A DNA stretch of 64,000 nucleotides from the human T2T-CHM13v2.0 reference genome, Homo sapiens. The notes below the pieces were generated by a model. The model saw only the letters and a program-made list of their open reading frames with translations. It was not told the DNA's origin and made no database searches. Of the stretch, positions 1-17,920 are shown piece by piece (positions within the stretch are counted from its first letter, which is position 1; each line of letters opens with the position of its first letter). Where the stretch lies: the NCBI RefSeq assembly GCF_009914755.1, contig NC_060931.1. One strand, written 5' to 3'. The position numbers were made by a program, and so were the translations under genes.

Positions 1-1207
1 CCTCATAGTCTTGTGAAACTTTAGAGAGTTTTAGGAAAAATTTTAAAAAGTTTGTACTTCCATAACTACATATGTGTTATGGATATGAACATGTCCATAT
101 CCATATAACATGTTTATATCCATATCATGTATGGATATAAATAACCACATAATGGGGTTTATATTATTACTGTGTCAGGCAATTATGGATGTTTTCATTG
201 CTTGAAAACTGAATTTTGTTTTTTTGATACAAAATTAATCATATGCTAAAAAATTTAGCCTAGCAAATTAAACTAATGAATGATATTCCTGTCATGTGTT
301 ATGAAATAAAATTAGGAAAATTATCTTTATGGTTTTCTCAATCAAAGATAAAATTTATTCATTCATTCATCACATGATTACTGTGCACCTTCTGTATAAC
401 AGACATGGTTCTACAGTTTGATAATCATTAGAGAACAAAGGAAATAAGTCTGGCACTCATGCACTGATGCTACATAAGATGTATTCTAGAATATTGAAGA
501 TGAAAGTCATTATACCTTTATGAACTGAAATATTTAATAATATAATGCAGATGTTCTTCAAAAGTATCAGAGTAGATTATGCAAAAAGAATTTGTACAAA
601 TGATTAAAGATAGTCGCACTCATAATTTTGATACCCTGTCAATACCAGTTGGTTTTAGTTTTCCTCCTATACAATGATGTGTGTAATTGGGCATAAAGAT
701 GGATGTAGCATTGTAGTCTTGGATTCATCCTTACAATTTCCTTCTCATGCTTTGTTTGGCTGGAATAAATAGGAAATAATTTTTTATTTTTTTCTGCTAT
801 TCGCACCCCAAGAGGGCCAACCTAGTTTATGAAAATCAAACTGTACGTTTTTATAGCTTCTGTTTTCATGGACGTTTTGAATTGCCACCTCAAATCATTG
901 CAGAATCAGATATGGTTTCTATTACCTTACCATTTTGCTTATAATTTATGAAGCAGACAGGATTTGTGTTTGATTTCCTTAAGCTTCACTGAAATTCTAG
1001 GTTGAGAATAACATTTATTTTGACTGGAAAGCTGAATAAACAAAATTTCAGAGTTTTAACAAGAATCATTTATCAAATCCATTGAGTTTAAAAAGTAGAA
1101 TAATTCTACAGAGTATTTATGTTTTCTTCTTTCTTTAAATGTTAGTTGTGTCAATAACATTTCAGAGTATGGATTTGGCTACAGACAGTCATCTTTACAG
1201 GATAAAA

Positions 1208-3838
<2,631 letters not shown>

Positions 3839-4172
3839 ATGAAATTATGCAAAGATTTTCACTTTTTAAAAAATTTGTGCACTTGTTTTTTATTTTAAAT
3901 CTCCATTTAATTATGTCAGATAATTTGATTTTGATGTGTATCCGTAAACATTATAGTGTATATTTTGATGAAATAAGTCAAGTAACTTGGGGAATTAGAA
4001 TTTGGGAAAAATTATTTGAGCACCTGATTGTTTTTGAGTTAAAATGCTTTTTAACGTACTTTCAGGAAATGTTTTATGACTTCAAAACTATTTAAAGCCT
4101 TCTTAACTTATAGCTCACACAAATTCATACCATTTAAATTTTTAAAATTTACTATTTGATAATATGGTTTAA

Positions 4173-4500
<328 letters not shown>

Positions 4501-5419
4501 GCAACTCTTTAAAAGGTAGACATTTCATGAAAGGCAGGCCATAATTCTTATTTCAGGTTCTCTAAAATTTTAACTCCTTTGAAATGAATAAAACATAGTG
4601 ACTTTTTTTTTTCTTTTAAAACAGGAACTTGTGGTGAATAACAAATAAGACACTTTTTACATTTTTGTTTTTTGTTTGTTCAAAATGAGTTAATATGGTC
4701 ACAGGTTAAAGTCCTTTTTGGATAACATAATTAACAGATTTAGAAATCTCTAAAATTTCATCTCACAAGGATAGATAATTGCATTTAATGTCAGCCACAA
4801 TAAAATTTAGGAGTTGTTATATGGCATTATTTTAGAACACTGTATGGATCCAAAGGCATTGCAAAGAAAGAACAAGGATTTAGTAAATTTAGGCTAAGTT
4901 GAAGAAATAGGAGAGCAGAGGAACACAGGATTAGCTAAGCCTAAGGTAGATACCAGGATATGGGTTAAGACATGGTCAAGAGTATGGAAACTTATCAAAA
5001 CACAGCATTAATCATAGATTTATGTTTTTATTGAACACAAAACACCTCCTATATGCTAAGTACTCTTCTAGGTGCTAACACTGAGATGAGATGCACCAAT
5101 AGGACTGGGTATCAACAACAAACATATTAATGACTAAAAGGTTTTCATGTCTTAGAAGAGGTACATACCAAAACCTGACTGTGTCAAATGTCATGGTAAA
5201 TATAAAATTAGACATTAGTAAGCAAATGTTCAGATAGCATATCTCATTGCAAAAACGAAAACAAACTAGAAGAGAAAAAAAAGGTCTGCTTTCTTCTCAC
5301 AATATAAATGTATTCAGTGAATGCATCTTCTTTTCATTTGCTCTGGCAAGAATTCTACTCCATATTTTTTACCTTTTCTCCATAACATCAGAAATATAAA
5401 TTAACAAACAGCATTTGTT

Positions 5420-5476
5420 TGTGTTTATTGTTGTTTATCTTTAGTGTTTATTGTTGTTATCTTTAGTGTTGTTATC
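5420..5476. repeat. Short imperfect tandem repeat (gtgtttattgttgttatcttta, about 2.5 copies)
   Basis: Direct repeats visible in sequence. Confidence 0.7.
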
Positions 5477-5594
5477 TGCAGTTCAGTTTCTCTGGCTAAA
5501 TGCAAATGTCTAGTCTTTCTGTCTCCAATTTTGTCCATTCTTATTGATTCTGCAAATTGAAGACAAGCTGATCTTTTCCACACACATATCTGAT
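5425..5594 (-). pseudogene. Candidate exon in frame with the 7080 donor (DQICVWKRSACLQFAES...)
   Basis: Acceptor ttgatttttcag|5594, phase 1, joins ORF 5425-5637 in frame. Confidence 0.35.
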
Positions 5595-5629
5595 CTGAAA
5601 AATCAAGCCAGTGATGAAGGAAGTATTGG

Positions 5630-6530
5630 CTAAACACAAATATGAAAAAAGATTTGCATTTGGAATATATAAGACACTCTGAAACTCAATAACAAAAAAT
5701 AAAATAGCCCAGTAATATATGTAAAAAGACATTTCACCAAAAATATGGGTGGCATATAATATATACAAAATATATATGGAAGGAAAATAATACAAACATA
5801 GATGTTTAACAACATTAGATATTAGAGAAATGCAAATTTAGAGCACAATAAAATACTTCTGCATATGTATTGGAATTGCTAAAATAAAGAAAAACCATCC
5901 AAATAAGATAAATGCAAGGCAACTAGAATTTTCATATATTGATGAGAATGCAAAATGGCATAGTCACTTTGGAATATATTTTGACAGTTGTTAGTAAAGG
6001 TAAATATATACCTGACATATTACCCACAATCCCAATCTTAGATAGCTAAGTAAGAGTCATGAAAGCTTCCATTTTCACATGTTTATTGTTATATTTTTAA
6101 AAACAGTAAAAATAAAATTAAATACTTTCAGCTGATGAATGGATAAGCAATCTGTGCTCTATCAATACTATAGAATACTGCTCAGCAATAAAAAGGAAGA
6201 GAATACAGATACACACAGCAACATGGATAAATCTCAAATGTTATACTGAATGAAAGCAGCCAGATTAAAAGTTTACTTCGTATATGAGTCCATTTATATG
6301 ACATTGAAGAAGAGGCAAAATTTTAGTGATAAAAAGCCAATCAGTAGGTAATAGGAACTGAGGATTGGAGTTGGTTTGTCTTAAAAGAGCACAAAGGAAT
6401 TCTTATGTGATGACACTTTTCTATATTTTGGTTGTGGTATTATGTCTGGCTCAATCCATTTGTCAGACTATAATAAAAAGGATAATTTTTACTGTATGTA
6501 AATTATGATTCAATAAACCTGACTTAAGAA
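5630..6530 (+). mobile_element. Old L1 (L1MC/L1ME-like) ORF2 end and 3' UTR
   Basis: Degenerate L1 3' motifs (ctcagcaataaaaagga, acatggataaatctc, caataaa). Confidence 0.8.
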
Positions 6531-7079
6531 ATAATATGATTATTCTATTACTTTAAATCCTCAATTATTCTGTTATCCAAAGGTGAAATTCACACTCTAT
6601 GAAATGACATATGTGTCTTTTAGTTTATTAGTTTGTTAGCTTATAATTTGTCCTAGTTAGCCTTTCCTATGCTCCTCTTTCCATATTCTTTAGCCAAATC
6701 CCATATTCAGTTAAACTGGCATGACCAGTTTCTAAAACATGCCAGTCACTTTCTACTTTATATGTAAGCCATGTGTTTTAAATTTATATGCATTACTACA
6801 ATGTATAGGGCTGAAATTTTCTTAATTTTTTTATGTAATTGCAATCAGTTTGCTTATGAACTTCCATTTCTACTCAAAAGAGGAAAATGTATTATCTGTC
6901 CCTGTAAGGAAACTCTGTGCTGTTCAAGTTAAAACAGCCTCTTCAGGGTAATTTCTCAATCAGTATTGCATTTAAGCTTAGTCCATTTCAAATTAAAACT
7001 TATTATTAGTGATACTGTTCTCTCTTAATAATTATCCCCCTTTTCCCTCTCTCTGATCTTCAGGGGAAATATTCATAAC

Positions 7080-7382
7080 CTGTGGCATTAGAAAGGGGTG
7101 CAGAGTGCTGAGCTGTTGTCATGGTCAGCTGTGGCATCTCTGATGCATCTTGATGCATCTGGTGCAAATCCAGGCTCTGGTTCACGTCCTGTCCTAGCAT
7201 CTGCTCCTGCTGTAGCTTGCTGTGTTCACTCATTTGAGATTGGAATATATTATTGTTATCCTGTCCATGGTATTTGCTGTGCCAACCAGTTGTACGGTTC
7301 ACAAACTATGTCTTCCTTGTTCAGACCACAGGCATCTTCTCAATAGTTTGATGACATGTCTGTTTCTTCTACTGAGTTACAA
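7080..7382 (-). pseudogene. Candidate 303-nt phase 1-1 exon, Q/M/H-rich
   Basis: Higher-GC unique island with ttttttataag| acceptor and cag|gttatg donor. One frame has 3 early stops, then the open ORF 7060-7302. Confidence 0.4.
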
Positions 7383-7974
7383 CTTATAAAAAAAGTATAA
7401 GTTCAATCTTCTGAGCATTGATTTTTGTCATTTGAGTTAAGCTTTTAAAATAAAAAACCCATTCAACCTTTCAAGTGCCTGGGTCTTCTCGTCTGACAAC
7501 CAGTTTATAAGACAGACTCTTTTGGATTGGCTTCAATAGGCTCTTAGAATTTCAAAGCTGAAAATAAAAGTCTCCTCTAATTCCTTTGTATTTCAATCTT
7601 TGAAAAATTAAGGTCTCCCTCAATAAAATAATTTCCTCTGGATGAATAAAAAGCAGGAAACATAGGGATATTTTTAAAAAGTAAATTTAAAAAACAAAAA
7701 TAAGAAAAAAAAACCATCAGCTTGCACACATTCTGCAATATCTGTGTGATGTGTGCCCCATCCCTTTCCTGAGCACTTTCCACCCATCCTTTGGGGATCT
7801 TAAGTAATATTAATAAGAAAATTCTGATCTCCAAGGAGTGTATTAGCTGTCACTTCTGTGTCATATTTATGCAAATGTGTTCCCATTGGCAATACTTATC
7901 ACACTTATGGAAAATCCTCTTTAATTAAAATTTGAATTATGATTTATTTTTGAATTTATGGGGTATTTAAAAGT

Positions 7975-10900
7975 GTTGCTTTAAATTTTTTCATTATATG
8001 TAATTATTATAATATTTATGGGATACGGAGTGATATTTTGATACATATGTACAATGTGTAATGATAAAATCAGTGTAATTGCCATATTTATCACCTCCAA
8101 CTTTTTTTTATTATTATGAACATTCAAAATCTCTTCTAGGCTTTTGGAAATATACATTAAATTATGGTTAATTATTTTCACTCTACATTGCTGTAGAACC
8201 CTATACATTATCCCTCCCAACTAAGTGTAAATGTTTTGAGTCCCACATTTAAGTATTTAATTCATTTTAATTTGTTTTTGCACATGGTAAGAGCTAGGAG
8301 TCTAGTTTTATTCCTCTGCTGTAAATATTGTTTACCCAGCATTATTTATTGAAAAGATTGTTCCTTTTTCAATGAATGTCCTTGCTGCCTTTGTCAAACA
8401 TCAGTTGGCCGTAAATACAAGAATTTATTTCTGGGTTATCTATTATCTTCCACTAGTCTATGTGTCTGTTTTTATAGTGATACTATGCTATTGTATTTGC
8501 TATAGCTTTGTAATATATTTTGAAGTCAGGTAGTGAAATGCCTCCAGCTTTACTGATTTTGCTTAATATTACTTTGGCTATTTGGGGTCTATTGTGGTTG
8601 TATATGAGTTTCAGGATTTTGTTTTCTATTTCTGTGAAGAATATTATTGGCATTTGATAGGGATTGCATTGAATATATGGATTGCTTTGAGCAACATGGC
8701 TATTTTAAGACTATTAATTCTTTTAATCCATGAGCATGGGATGTATTTCCAATTATTCGTGTCCTTTTAAATTTTTTTCATCAATGTTTTATAATTTTTA
8801 TTGTACGGATCTTCCACCTGTTTGATTAAATGTATTGCTAGGTACTTTATTTTTCTGTAAGTATTGTGAATGAGATCACATATTTCATTTTCAGTTACTT
8901 CTTTATTGGTGTATAGAAGTGCTAGTGATTTTTTTATATTGATATTGTATCCTGCATATGTACTGAATTTGTTTCTTAGTTCTAAGAGTTTTTTGGTAGA
9001 GTCTTTAGGTATTTTAGTATATAAGATTATGTCATCTTTAAAGGGGGACAGTTTGACTCCTGCTTTTCCAATTTGGATGCCCTTTATTTCTTTATCTTGC
9101 CTAATTGCTCTGGCTAGAACTACGAGTACTATGTTGAATAACAGTAGTGAAAGCGGGCATCTTTGTCTTATTTTAATTCTTAGATATAGATTTTCAATGT
9201 TGCCCCATTCAGTATTAGTTGTGGGTTTTTCATATATGGCCTTTATTGGGATACGATATAGTCCTTTTATATCTAATTTGTTGAGTTTTTATCATAAAGA
9301 AATGTTGAATTTTATCAAATTTTTTTTGCAATTATTGAGAAAATGAAATGGCTTTGGTCCTTCATTCCATCATTGTGATGTATTACATTTGTTGATTTGC
9401 ATATGTTAAACCATCCTTTCATTCCCGGCATAAATTTCACTTGATCATGTTTTATTTTTTTAATGTGTTGCTGGATTTCATATGCCAATATGTTGATGAG
9501 AATTTTTACATTTATGTTTATTGAGGATATTTCCCTATAGTTTTATTTTTTTTGTTGTGCTTTTGTCTTGTTTTGGTATCAGGATAATTCTGGTCTTATG
9601 GAATAAATTAGGAAGAATTCTTTCTTTTCCAGTTTTTTTTAATAGTTTGAAAAGAATTGGTATTAGTTCTATTTAAAAAGTTTGATAGAATTCAGCAGTA
9701 AATTCATCTGGTCCAGGATTTTCTTTCCTGGGATTCATTTTATTAATGATTCAGTCTTATTATTGGTTATTGGTCTGTTCATGTTTTCTAATTCTTCCTG
9801 GTTCAATTTTGGTAGATTTATATGTCCAGGAATTTATCTATTTCCTCTAGGTTTTCTAATTTGTTGCTATGGAATTGCTCATAATAGTCTGTAATGATTT
9901 TTTTTTATTTCTATGGTATCAGTTGTAATGTCTCCTTTTTCATTTCTGAAAATATTTATTTGGGTCTTCCATCTTTTTTTCTTAGTCTAGTTAATGGTTT
10001 GTTAATTTTGTTTATCTTTTTTAAAAATAAACTTTTGGTTTTGTTGCTCTTTGTATGTTTTTTAAAATTCCTATTTTGTTTTATTCTGGTCATATCTTTT
10101 AAATTTCTTTTCTCCTAGTAATTTGGGGTTTGGTTTGTTCTTGCTTTTCTAGTTCCTTGTTAGGTTGTTTACCTGAAATCTTTCTACTTTTTTGACATAG
10201 GCATTTATTATTATGACCTCTCTTAGTACTGATTTCCTATATCTCATAGGCTTTGGTATGTTATGTTTCTGTTTTTATTTGTTTCAATTTTTTAAAAATT
10301 TCTTTTTAATTTCTTCATTGACTTAATGGCCATTCGGGAGCTTATTATTTAATTTCCATGTGTTTGTAGTTTCTAGAGCTCCTCTGTTTACTGACTTATA
10401 CTGTTATGGTCTGAGAAGATATTTGTTATGGTTTTGATATTTTTATATTTGTTGCAGTTTGTTCTGTGGCCTAACATGTTGTCTATCTGGAAAATGTTTC
10501 ATGTGCTGATGAGAAGAATATGTATTCTACAGCTGTTTGATGAAGTGTTGTAAATGTCTTTTAGCCCCTTGGCCTATAATTCATTTAAGTTGAATGCTTC
10601 TTTGTTGTTGTTTTGTTTGAGTGTTCTGTCCAATACTGAAAGTGAGCTATTGAAGTCCCCAACCACTATTGTATTGGGGTCTTTCTCTTTAGCCTTAATA
10701 TCTCTTTAGCCTTAATATTTTTGTTTTATATATGTGGGTCCTCCATTGGTGAGTGAATATATGTTTACAATATTTATATACTTTTGGTGACTTGATTCTT
10801 TTTTTTTTTTTTTTTTTTTTGAGACAGAGTCTCGCTCTGACGCCCAGGCTGGAGTGCAGTGGTGCGATCTTGGCTCACTGCAACCTCTGCCTCCCGGGTT

Positions 10901-12490
10901 CATGAAGTTCTCCTGCCTCATCCTCCTGCGTAGCTGTGATTACAGGTGTGCACCATCATGCCCAGCTAATTTTTGTATTTTTGGTAGAGACGGGGTTTCA
11001 CCATGTGGGTCAGGCTGGTCTGGAACTCCTGACCTCGTTATCTGCCCGCCTCGGCCTCCCAAAGTGCTGGGATTACAGGCATGAGCCACCACACCTGGTC
11101 AATCCTTTTTTCATTATATAATAACCTCACTTAATTATTTTTATGTTTTTTGAATTAAAGTCTATTTTATGTGAGATAAGTTTAGGTATTCCTGTGCACT
11201 TTTGGTTTCCCTTTGTGTGCAGTGTCATTGTCTTCACACATAAAGAGAGACTTTGTAGGCAGCATATACTTTGGTATTTTTTAAGTCCATTTAGCTGGTC
11301 TAGATATTTTAATTGGGGAATTTATATCATTTAAATTCAAGGTTATTACTGATAGATGGGAACTTCCTCATTTTGTTACTTGTTTTTTTATTCTTTTATA
11401 TATATTCTTCATCATTCTTCTTCTCTTATTGTTTATCTTTGTAATCTTTTGATTTTCTGTGGTGATAACGTTTGATTTCTTTATCCTTCTTTAGGTATCT
11501 GTTCTACCAGTTAATTTTATACTTTTATGTGTTTTCATGATAATAAATGTCATCCTTTTTCTTCTACATGTAGGACTCCCTTAAGCATTTAATGTGAGGT
11601 CAGTCTAATGGTGATTAATTCCCTCAGTTTTTGCTTGTTTGGGAAATACTTTTTATTTATCTTCATTTCTGAAGGAGAGTTTTGCTTAGTATGGTACTCT
11701 TGGCTGACTTTTTTTTTTTCTTTCAGCACCTTGAATTTATCATCCCATTCTCTCCAGACTCCTGAGGTTTCTGCTGAGAAATATGTCATTAGTCTAAGGG
11801 GATTTTCTTATATTTGACTTGCTGATTTTCTCTTGCTGGTTTTAGAATTCTCTTTTGGTCTTTGAATTTTGGCAATTTGCCTGTAAAATGTCCTGAGAGG
11901 ACATGGTCAGTTCAATCTATTTGAGAGTATTTGAGATTCCTGTATCTGGATGTTTATATCTCCTCCAAGACTGTGAACATTTTCAACTATTATTTTATTA
12001 TGTAGATTTTCTATGCCTTTTCTCATCTCTTCTCCTTCTGGAACTCCCAAAATTCAAACATTTGTTCACTTGTTGGTGTCCAATGTATCATTTATGCACC
12101 CTTCTTTCCTTCTCTGGGAAAATGTAATTGTGTGGCCTTCAGGCCTTCAGGCCTGTACTAGACTCAGAGTTGCTGAGGGTTGAGGGACTCTCACATAGCT
12201 AGAATTGCAGGCATCTGTGGTGGGAATGTGGACGATTGGGAATCTCTTGCTTACCCTTCCCCTGCAATGGAAAGTCTCTCCTAGCTTTCAGCATATCACA
12301 GCTGAATGCTTTGCTTACCTCTCTATGGTGCAATCTTAAGTTCCCATGCCTCACAGGTTCCTGTCAATTTCCTGCTGAATTCCAGTGTTCTTCCTTATAC
12401 ACTCTACTTGATGTTTGCTTATCTAATCTTTTCATCATTCTTCATGGATAAGGGGAATGTTGGATTCTTCTAGTCAGCCATCTTGATGGT
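7975..12490 (-). mobile_element. L1MA-type element with internal deletions
   Basis: L1MA 3' UTR at ~7980-8215, ORF2/ORF1 remnants, and 5' signature ctagtcagccatcttg at ~12470. Confidence 0.85.
10799..11100 (-). mobile_element. AluS (Sg-like) inside L1
   Basis: Full Alu with T tail. Confidence 0.92.
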
Positions 12491-13657
12491 GTCTCTCTAG
12501 AAATGCTTTATTTTACAACGTTATTTAATTTTCATTGCCAAATTTATTTCTTATTTAATTGCATTTTACTGAGTATGACCTAATAATATTGATGATTTGA
12601 CATTGTATTAAAATTTGCTTAATGTACTAATATATGTGATCTTTTAATCCATGTATTCATTAAATACATTATCTTTGCATATTGGTTACAAAGTTCTATA
12701 TATTGCTCAGAGGCAATGGGCAAAATATTTGAAAACCAGTGCTGTGTTGGTCCAGCCAATAGTAATGCATGTTCTATCAGTCAGAACGGCTACTGGCACC
12801 TACATTTTACCACAGATGGTAGCTGAAATTAGTTCTGTACATATATATATCAGTTAGAAAGACTGTGTGAATCCTGTTGTTTGGGTCTTATATATTTTCA
12901 CTGTTTTTCATAGGCTTAGCTTATAATTATAATTGAGGAAATTGGGGTTGAAATCTTTTAATGTGATGTTGAATTTGACAATTTCTCACAAATATGTTTG
13001 TCAATTTTAAAAATTATTGTGAAGGTACTTTTAAAATCTTATGTTTGAAATAATTACATTATCTTAATGAATAGGATTCTTATTACTTGGCAATTTACTT
13101 TATACTCATTAATGGTTTGTTTTTAGTGTACTTTTAAAATTTATTGTCTTTATATGTTTTGTATCTCTGGAGTTTTTTTTTGTTTTTGGTGTTACTCATC
13201 TTTTTTTATTATAGATCAAAATTTCACCAGAGTTGTACTTAAATAAGAAAGTTAATATTTTACCATTAAATATGTCTAATTTTAATCTACTGTTTATCCA
13301 TATCAATTTTGACCATTGCTTTATAATTTTTTTTAGGTATTACTTTTTATTATTGTGGTAGATAGCTCTTAAGTATTGTGCTTTTTAACTGTTATTAGTT
13401 GGTATATATAACATAGGAATTTTTATATGCCTATTTTATCAATTTTCTATTGTTTAATATTATAATACTACTAGATTATATTGATAAATAAATAGTTTTG
13501 TAAGATGTATTGAATAAAGTTAATGATAGAGGGCTATCTTGTGTTTTTCATTTTACTTTGTCTTTTTTTTTATGCTTTTCTATTTTCATTTTTGGTATGG
13601 TACAAATAACCTACCAAAGACTTAAATATAAATATATTAAGATTTAAGCAGACATAC

Positions 13658-13898
13658 AAACACATTTTATGGTTGCACATTCCTCCACAGATTCAACATT
13701 AATAGTATTCTTGACAATTGTTTAGACAATTATTTTTCTAGTGTGCTTAGTTAAATGAGGCCAAGAGGAATTCTCTGGAAATCAAGGCACAATTAATTTT
13801 AAAGCATTTGTTTTTGCTGTTTACCTGTAAATATAAAACACAAAAAGATCTAATTATATCAAATACACTTGTTTCTCAGGGCCAGTCTGCTTGGCCTC
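13658..13898 (-). pseudogene. Candidate downstream exon(s)
   Basis: Two strong acceptors (ttttatcgtttttctttag|13898; ttttatatttacag|13824) and donor ttt|gtatgt at 13657. Stops in all frames. Confidence 0.3.
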
Positions 13899-14355
13899 CT
13901 AAAGAAAAACGATAAAACAAAGTGAGTCTTTCAATGTCAACAAGGTCTATCAACCAGTGTTACAAGTATGTATGTCTAAGACACCTCAAGGTTATAAACC
14001 AAATTCCTAAAAGTTCAGGTTTATTGCTTCATACTGAGTCACTTTAAAACCTCTGAATCCCATAGGGAAACTTTTATTTCAAAATCAATGTTGGAGTTGT
14101 TTGAAGAGAAGAGAACTATCTCTCAACCAATGCCCTATCAGTTAGAAAGGATTACAGGTATTTGAAATAAACTTCTAAGGAGCTTTTCAAAATTTGGAGA
14201 ATGGTCACAAAAGCTGCCTTTTATGTATCATCCACAGAAATATCTATGAGTTTACATACACATAATTAGCAAACATTGTCATTAAGGACTTTTACAGACT
14301 TTGGGTGAAAGCATTTTTGTTTGTATAAAATAAGGTATCAATTTGTTCTACTTAC

Positions 14356-14403
14356 TCTAGTAGACAGCCAGGAATACTGCATATTCTGCAATTTTGATTC
14401 ACA
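14356..14403 (-). pseudogene. Candidate downstream 48-nt exon (CESKLQNMQYSWLSTR)
   Basis: Acceptor ctccctctttttctaag| and donor aga|gtaagt; open, phase 0-0. Confidence 0.4.
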
Positions 14404-14651
14404 CTTAGAAAAAGAGGGAGCAAAATTGCTTTAAATCTACCACTGCCACAAATTTAACATTTAAAAAGTAGTTACATACATTTAGGAGGTATCCATGCAC
14501 ACTTTGAGGAATAGTAACGTGAAGACATCAAAAATACTCATTTAACCTCAATTATATGCACAAGTTTGTGATTTAATGTGACTATATAGTGCTAACAAGA
14601 CATGATGTTTCTTCTTCAGAGATCATCCTTCAGCTAAGATATAAAAACCAC

Positions 14652-15012
14652 CTGTTATGATTGGACTGTTTGTCTCTACCCCCAAGTTTATGTGATGAAA
14701 TCCTGACCCCCAAAGTGATGGTATTAAGAAAAGAGGCCTTTGGGAGGTGTTTAGTGAGGGAAGAGCCCTGATGAATGGAATTCATGCCTTCATGAAAGAG
14801 ACTTCAGAGAGCAGCTTTGCCCTTCCAACAGGTGAAGACACAGGGAGAAGCTATCAGTTTGCATCCCAGAAGAGGGCCCTCCCCAAAATTTGACCATGCT
14901 GGCCTCTTGATCTTGTACTTTCCAGCCGCAAGAACTGTGAGAAATAAATTTCTGTTGTTCATAAGTGAGCCAGTTTACTGCATTTTATTATAGCAGCCTA
15001 GATAGACTAAGA
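14652..15012 (+). mobile_element. MLT1A/MLT1A0 solo LTR
   Basis: MaLR LTR motifs (cagaactgtgagaaataaatttctgttg-type, tatagcagcc..gactaaga). Confidence 0.85.
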
Positions 15013-17302
15013 AACATTCTGCTTTTTTTCATTAACACTAAATGCTGACTTGGGATTTCTTAAACGTATGAGGCAATGCTATTTTATCTTAATTTTATTT
15101 TCATTATTTTTATATACTTGATTTAAAATAGTCAATATTTTATTAAATATTGTAAAATAATATGCCTGACTTATAAAATGTTAGAAAGATTAACTTATTT
15201 ACACAATGGAGTTTTAAAATAGAACATTGCCATGCTGTTTTCCTGTGACATTCCTTCTGGTTTCTGATTATGATGTAAACCTGCATGAATGTAATACAAA
15301 AAAAAAAGGTCAGATTTCTTTTGCCTTTTAACTTTATATAAACAGAATATTTGTGAGGAGTTATACTTGCTGTTGTCCTCTTCAATTAGGAACCATGAGA
15401 TCCATTATGTCATGTGTAGTTATATACTTTATTCATGTTACCGTTGTTTATTATTTCTTTCAGTTTTCAATTTTGCCAATAGAATTATTGTAAAATAATT
15501 TCTTATTGTGCGTTAATTTCATTTCTTATTAAAATTCAGTTATGCAAATTGTCAAATATTTACTTGTCATTTGTGTGTCATTGTCTATGAAATAATTGTT
15601 CATGTCATTCCCTATGTCAGTTCCATGTTGGTGAATTTTTGTAATTGATTTATATATTTGGAGTGTTTTTCCCCCTTGGTAATACATATGGCATGTATTT
15701 TCTCTTCATTTGTGGTTTGTCCTTTTCATCTGAACAGAAATTTATAAGTTTTTATTTTCAAATGAGTATTATTATCCCTAATTATGTACTCTTTTTGTAC
15801 TTACAGGAAACATTTTTTTCTCTTTTCTTAAGTAATAAAGATATTCTCATGGTTTTGTTTCCAAAATAACAGATTTGCTTTTTGCATTTAATTCCTTCAC
15901 TTATCTAGAATTGCCTTTGGTAAATGGTCACAATATTCAAATATTTGCTTGGATGTTTCCTCAAAAAATTAAAAAGCTACATACTGCTTTGCAAAATATA
16001 TGTGATGTTTTATAAAGTGTAAATAGCTGCAAAAGATGTTTTGGCATTTTGTAAATTATAGCTTTTAAAAAAATTATGTCAACTTTTAAATTGTCTCCAA
16101 TAAATCAAAATATTATGGCAATTTAATATCCACATTTATCAAATTAAAAAATTAGCAACAAGAGCATATTTAACATTTAGATTTTTTTGCCTTGTTTCAT
16201 GTACTCAGTATTTGATATGTCTTATCACTGAAATTATTTTAATCACTTATATATTACTGCAACAAAAATGTGAATATTATTTTAAATAACATTTTGAGAC
16301 ATTTTGTTTTACTGAAGCTCTATACAAGTTAAAATGTTTTAGGATGTTTTCACTACATTTGAATTACTGTGAGTATAAAAAATATAATGACATACATTTT
16401 GATACTTATCTAAATATTTACTAAATATGAGAGGTAAAATATAAAATTGAAATTATCTTTTATGAGTTGGAGGAAGCTTTTATTTAGTTAGTTCATATAT
16501 CTCTGGGTGATCATTACTTATTGCTAGATTACTATTCCTAGTTTTCTTCATCATACATGTAAGTGATGGGAAAATTTGTGTATTTGAATGGGGAGATAAA
16601 AATAAATGAAGCTCTGTAATATGAATTGTTACTCAATTATTTAAACCTTTTTTTTTTTCAAATTATTTACCAAATAACATAGTGGTTTCTTACAAAACCT
16701 ATTTTTAATGTAATATCAGCTGACAACTTGATTACTTCCTCCTTCAGTTTTATTGATAGCAAGAAATTGGAAATGACCTAACTTTCAAAAAGATTTGTTA
16801 CCTAGTCATGAAGATCAATTACACTCTCAGTGTCTAGGAATTATACATAAAAGGCTCTACAAAGACTTTTCAAAAGACTATTAATTTTTCCCTTAAATTC
16901 TTTCTCAACTAGAGGCAACATATTTAATATGATACACTAAAAATATATCAGAAATAAGATTAAAATATAATTAATTCTAATATACTCTTGTCAATACAAT
17001 ATATATTTGAATTAATGCCTTCATCTAATTCCCTGTTTTAAATATACTTCAGTCAGAATCATGGAGCCATCATTGAATTCAGTTAGTTTATGGGAAATGA
17101 TGGTCATATAACCTAACTTGCAAAGTCAATCCTTGTCAAACAAATCAGCCAAATGGTATTTACTTTCTGTCAGAAAGTAACATAAATGTGTTAATAAGCT
17201 TCCCCTTGGCACCCATTAAGCTTCTTATTCCCAATTCTAAGATAGATAAATCCCTAGCATGACTCTGTGGTCTAGATCTTTAAAAAGGGCTACATCTTCA
17301 AC

Positions 17303-17920
<618 letters not shown>

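Noticed and set aside
7098-7346. Plus-strand 82-aa ORF
   Set aside because: Non-ATG start and no recognisable motif; likely the antisense shadow of the minus-strand candidate exon.
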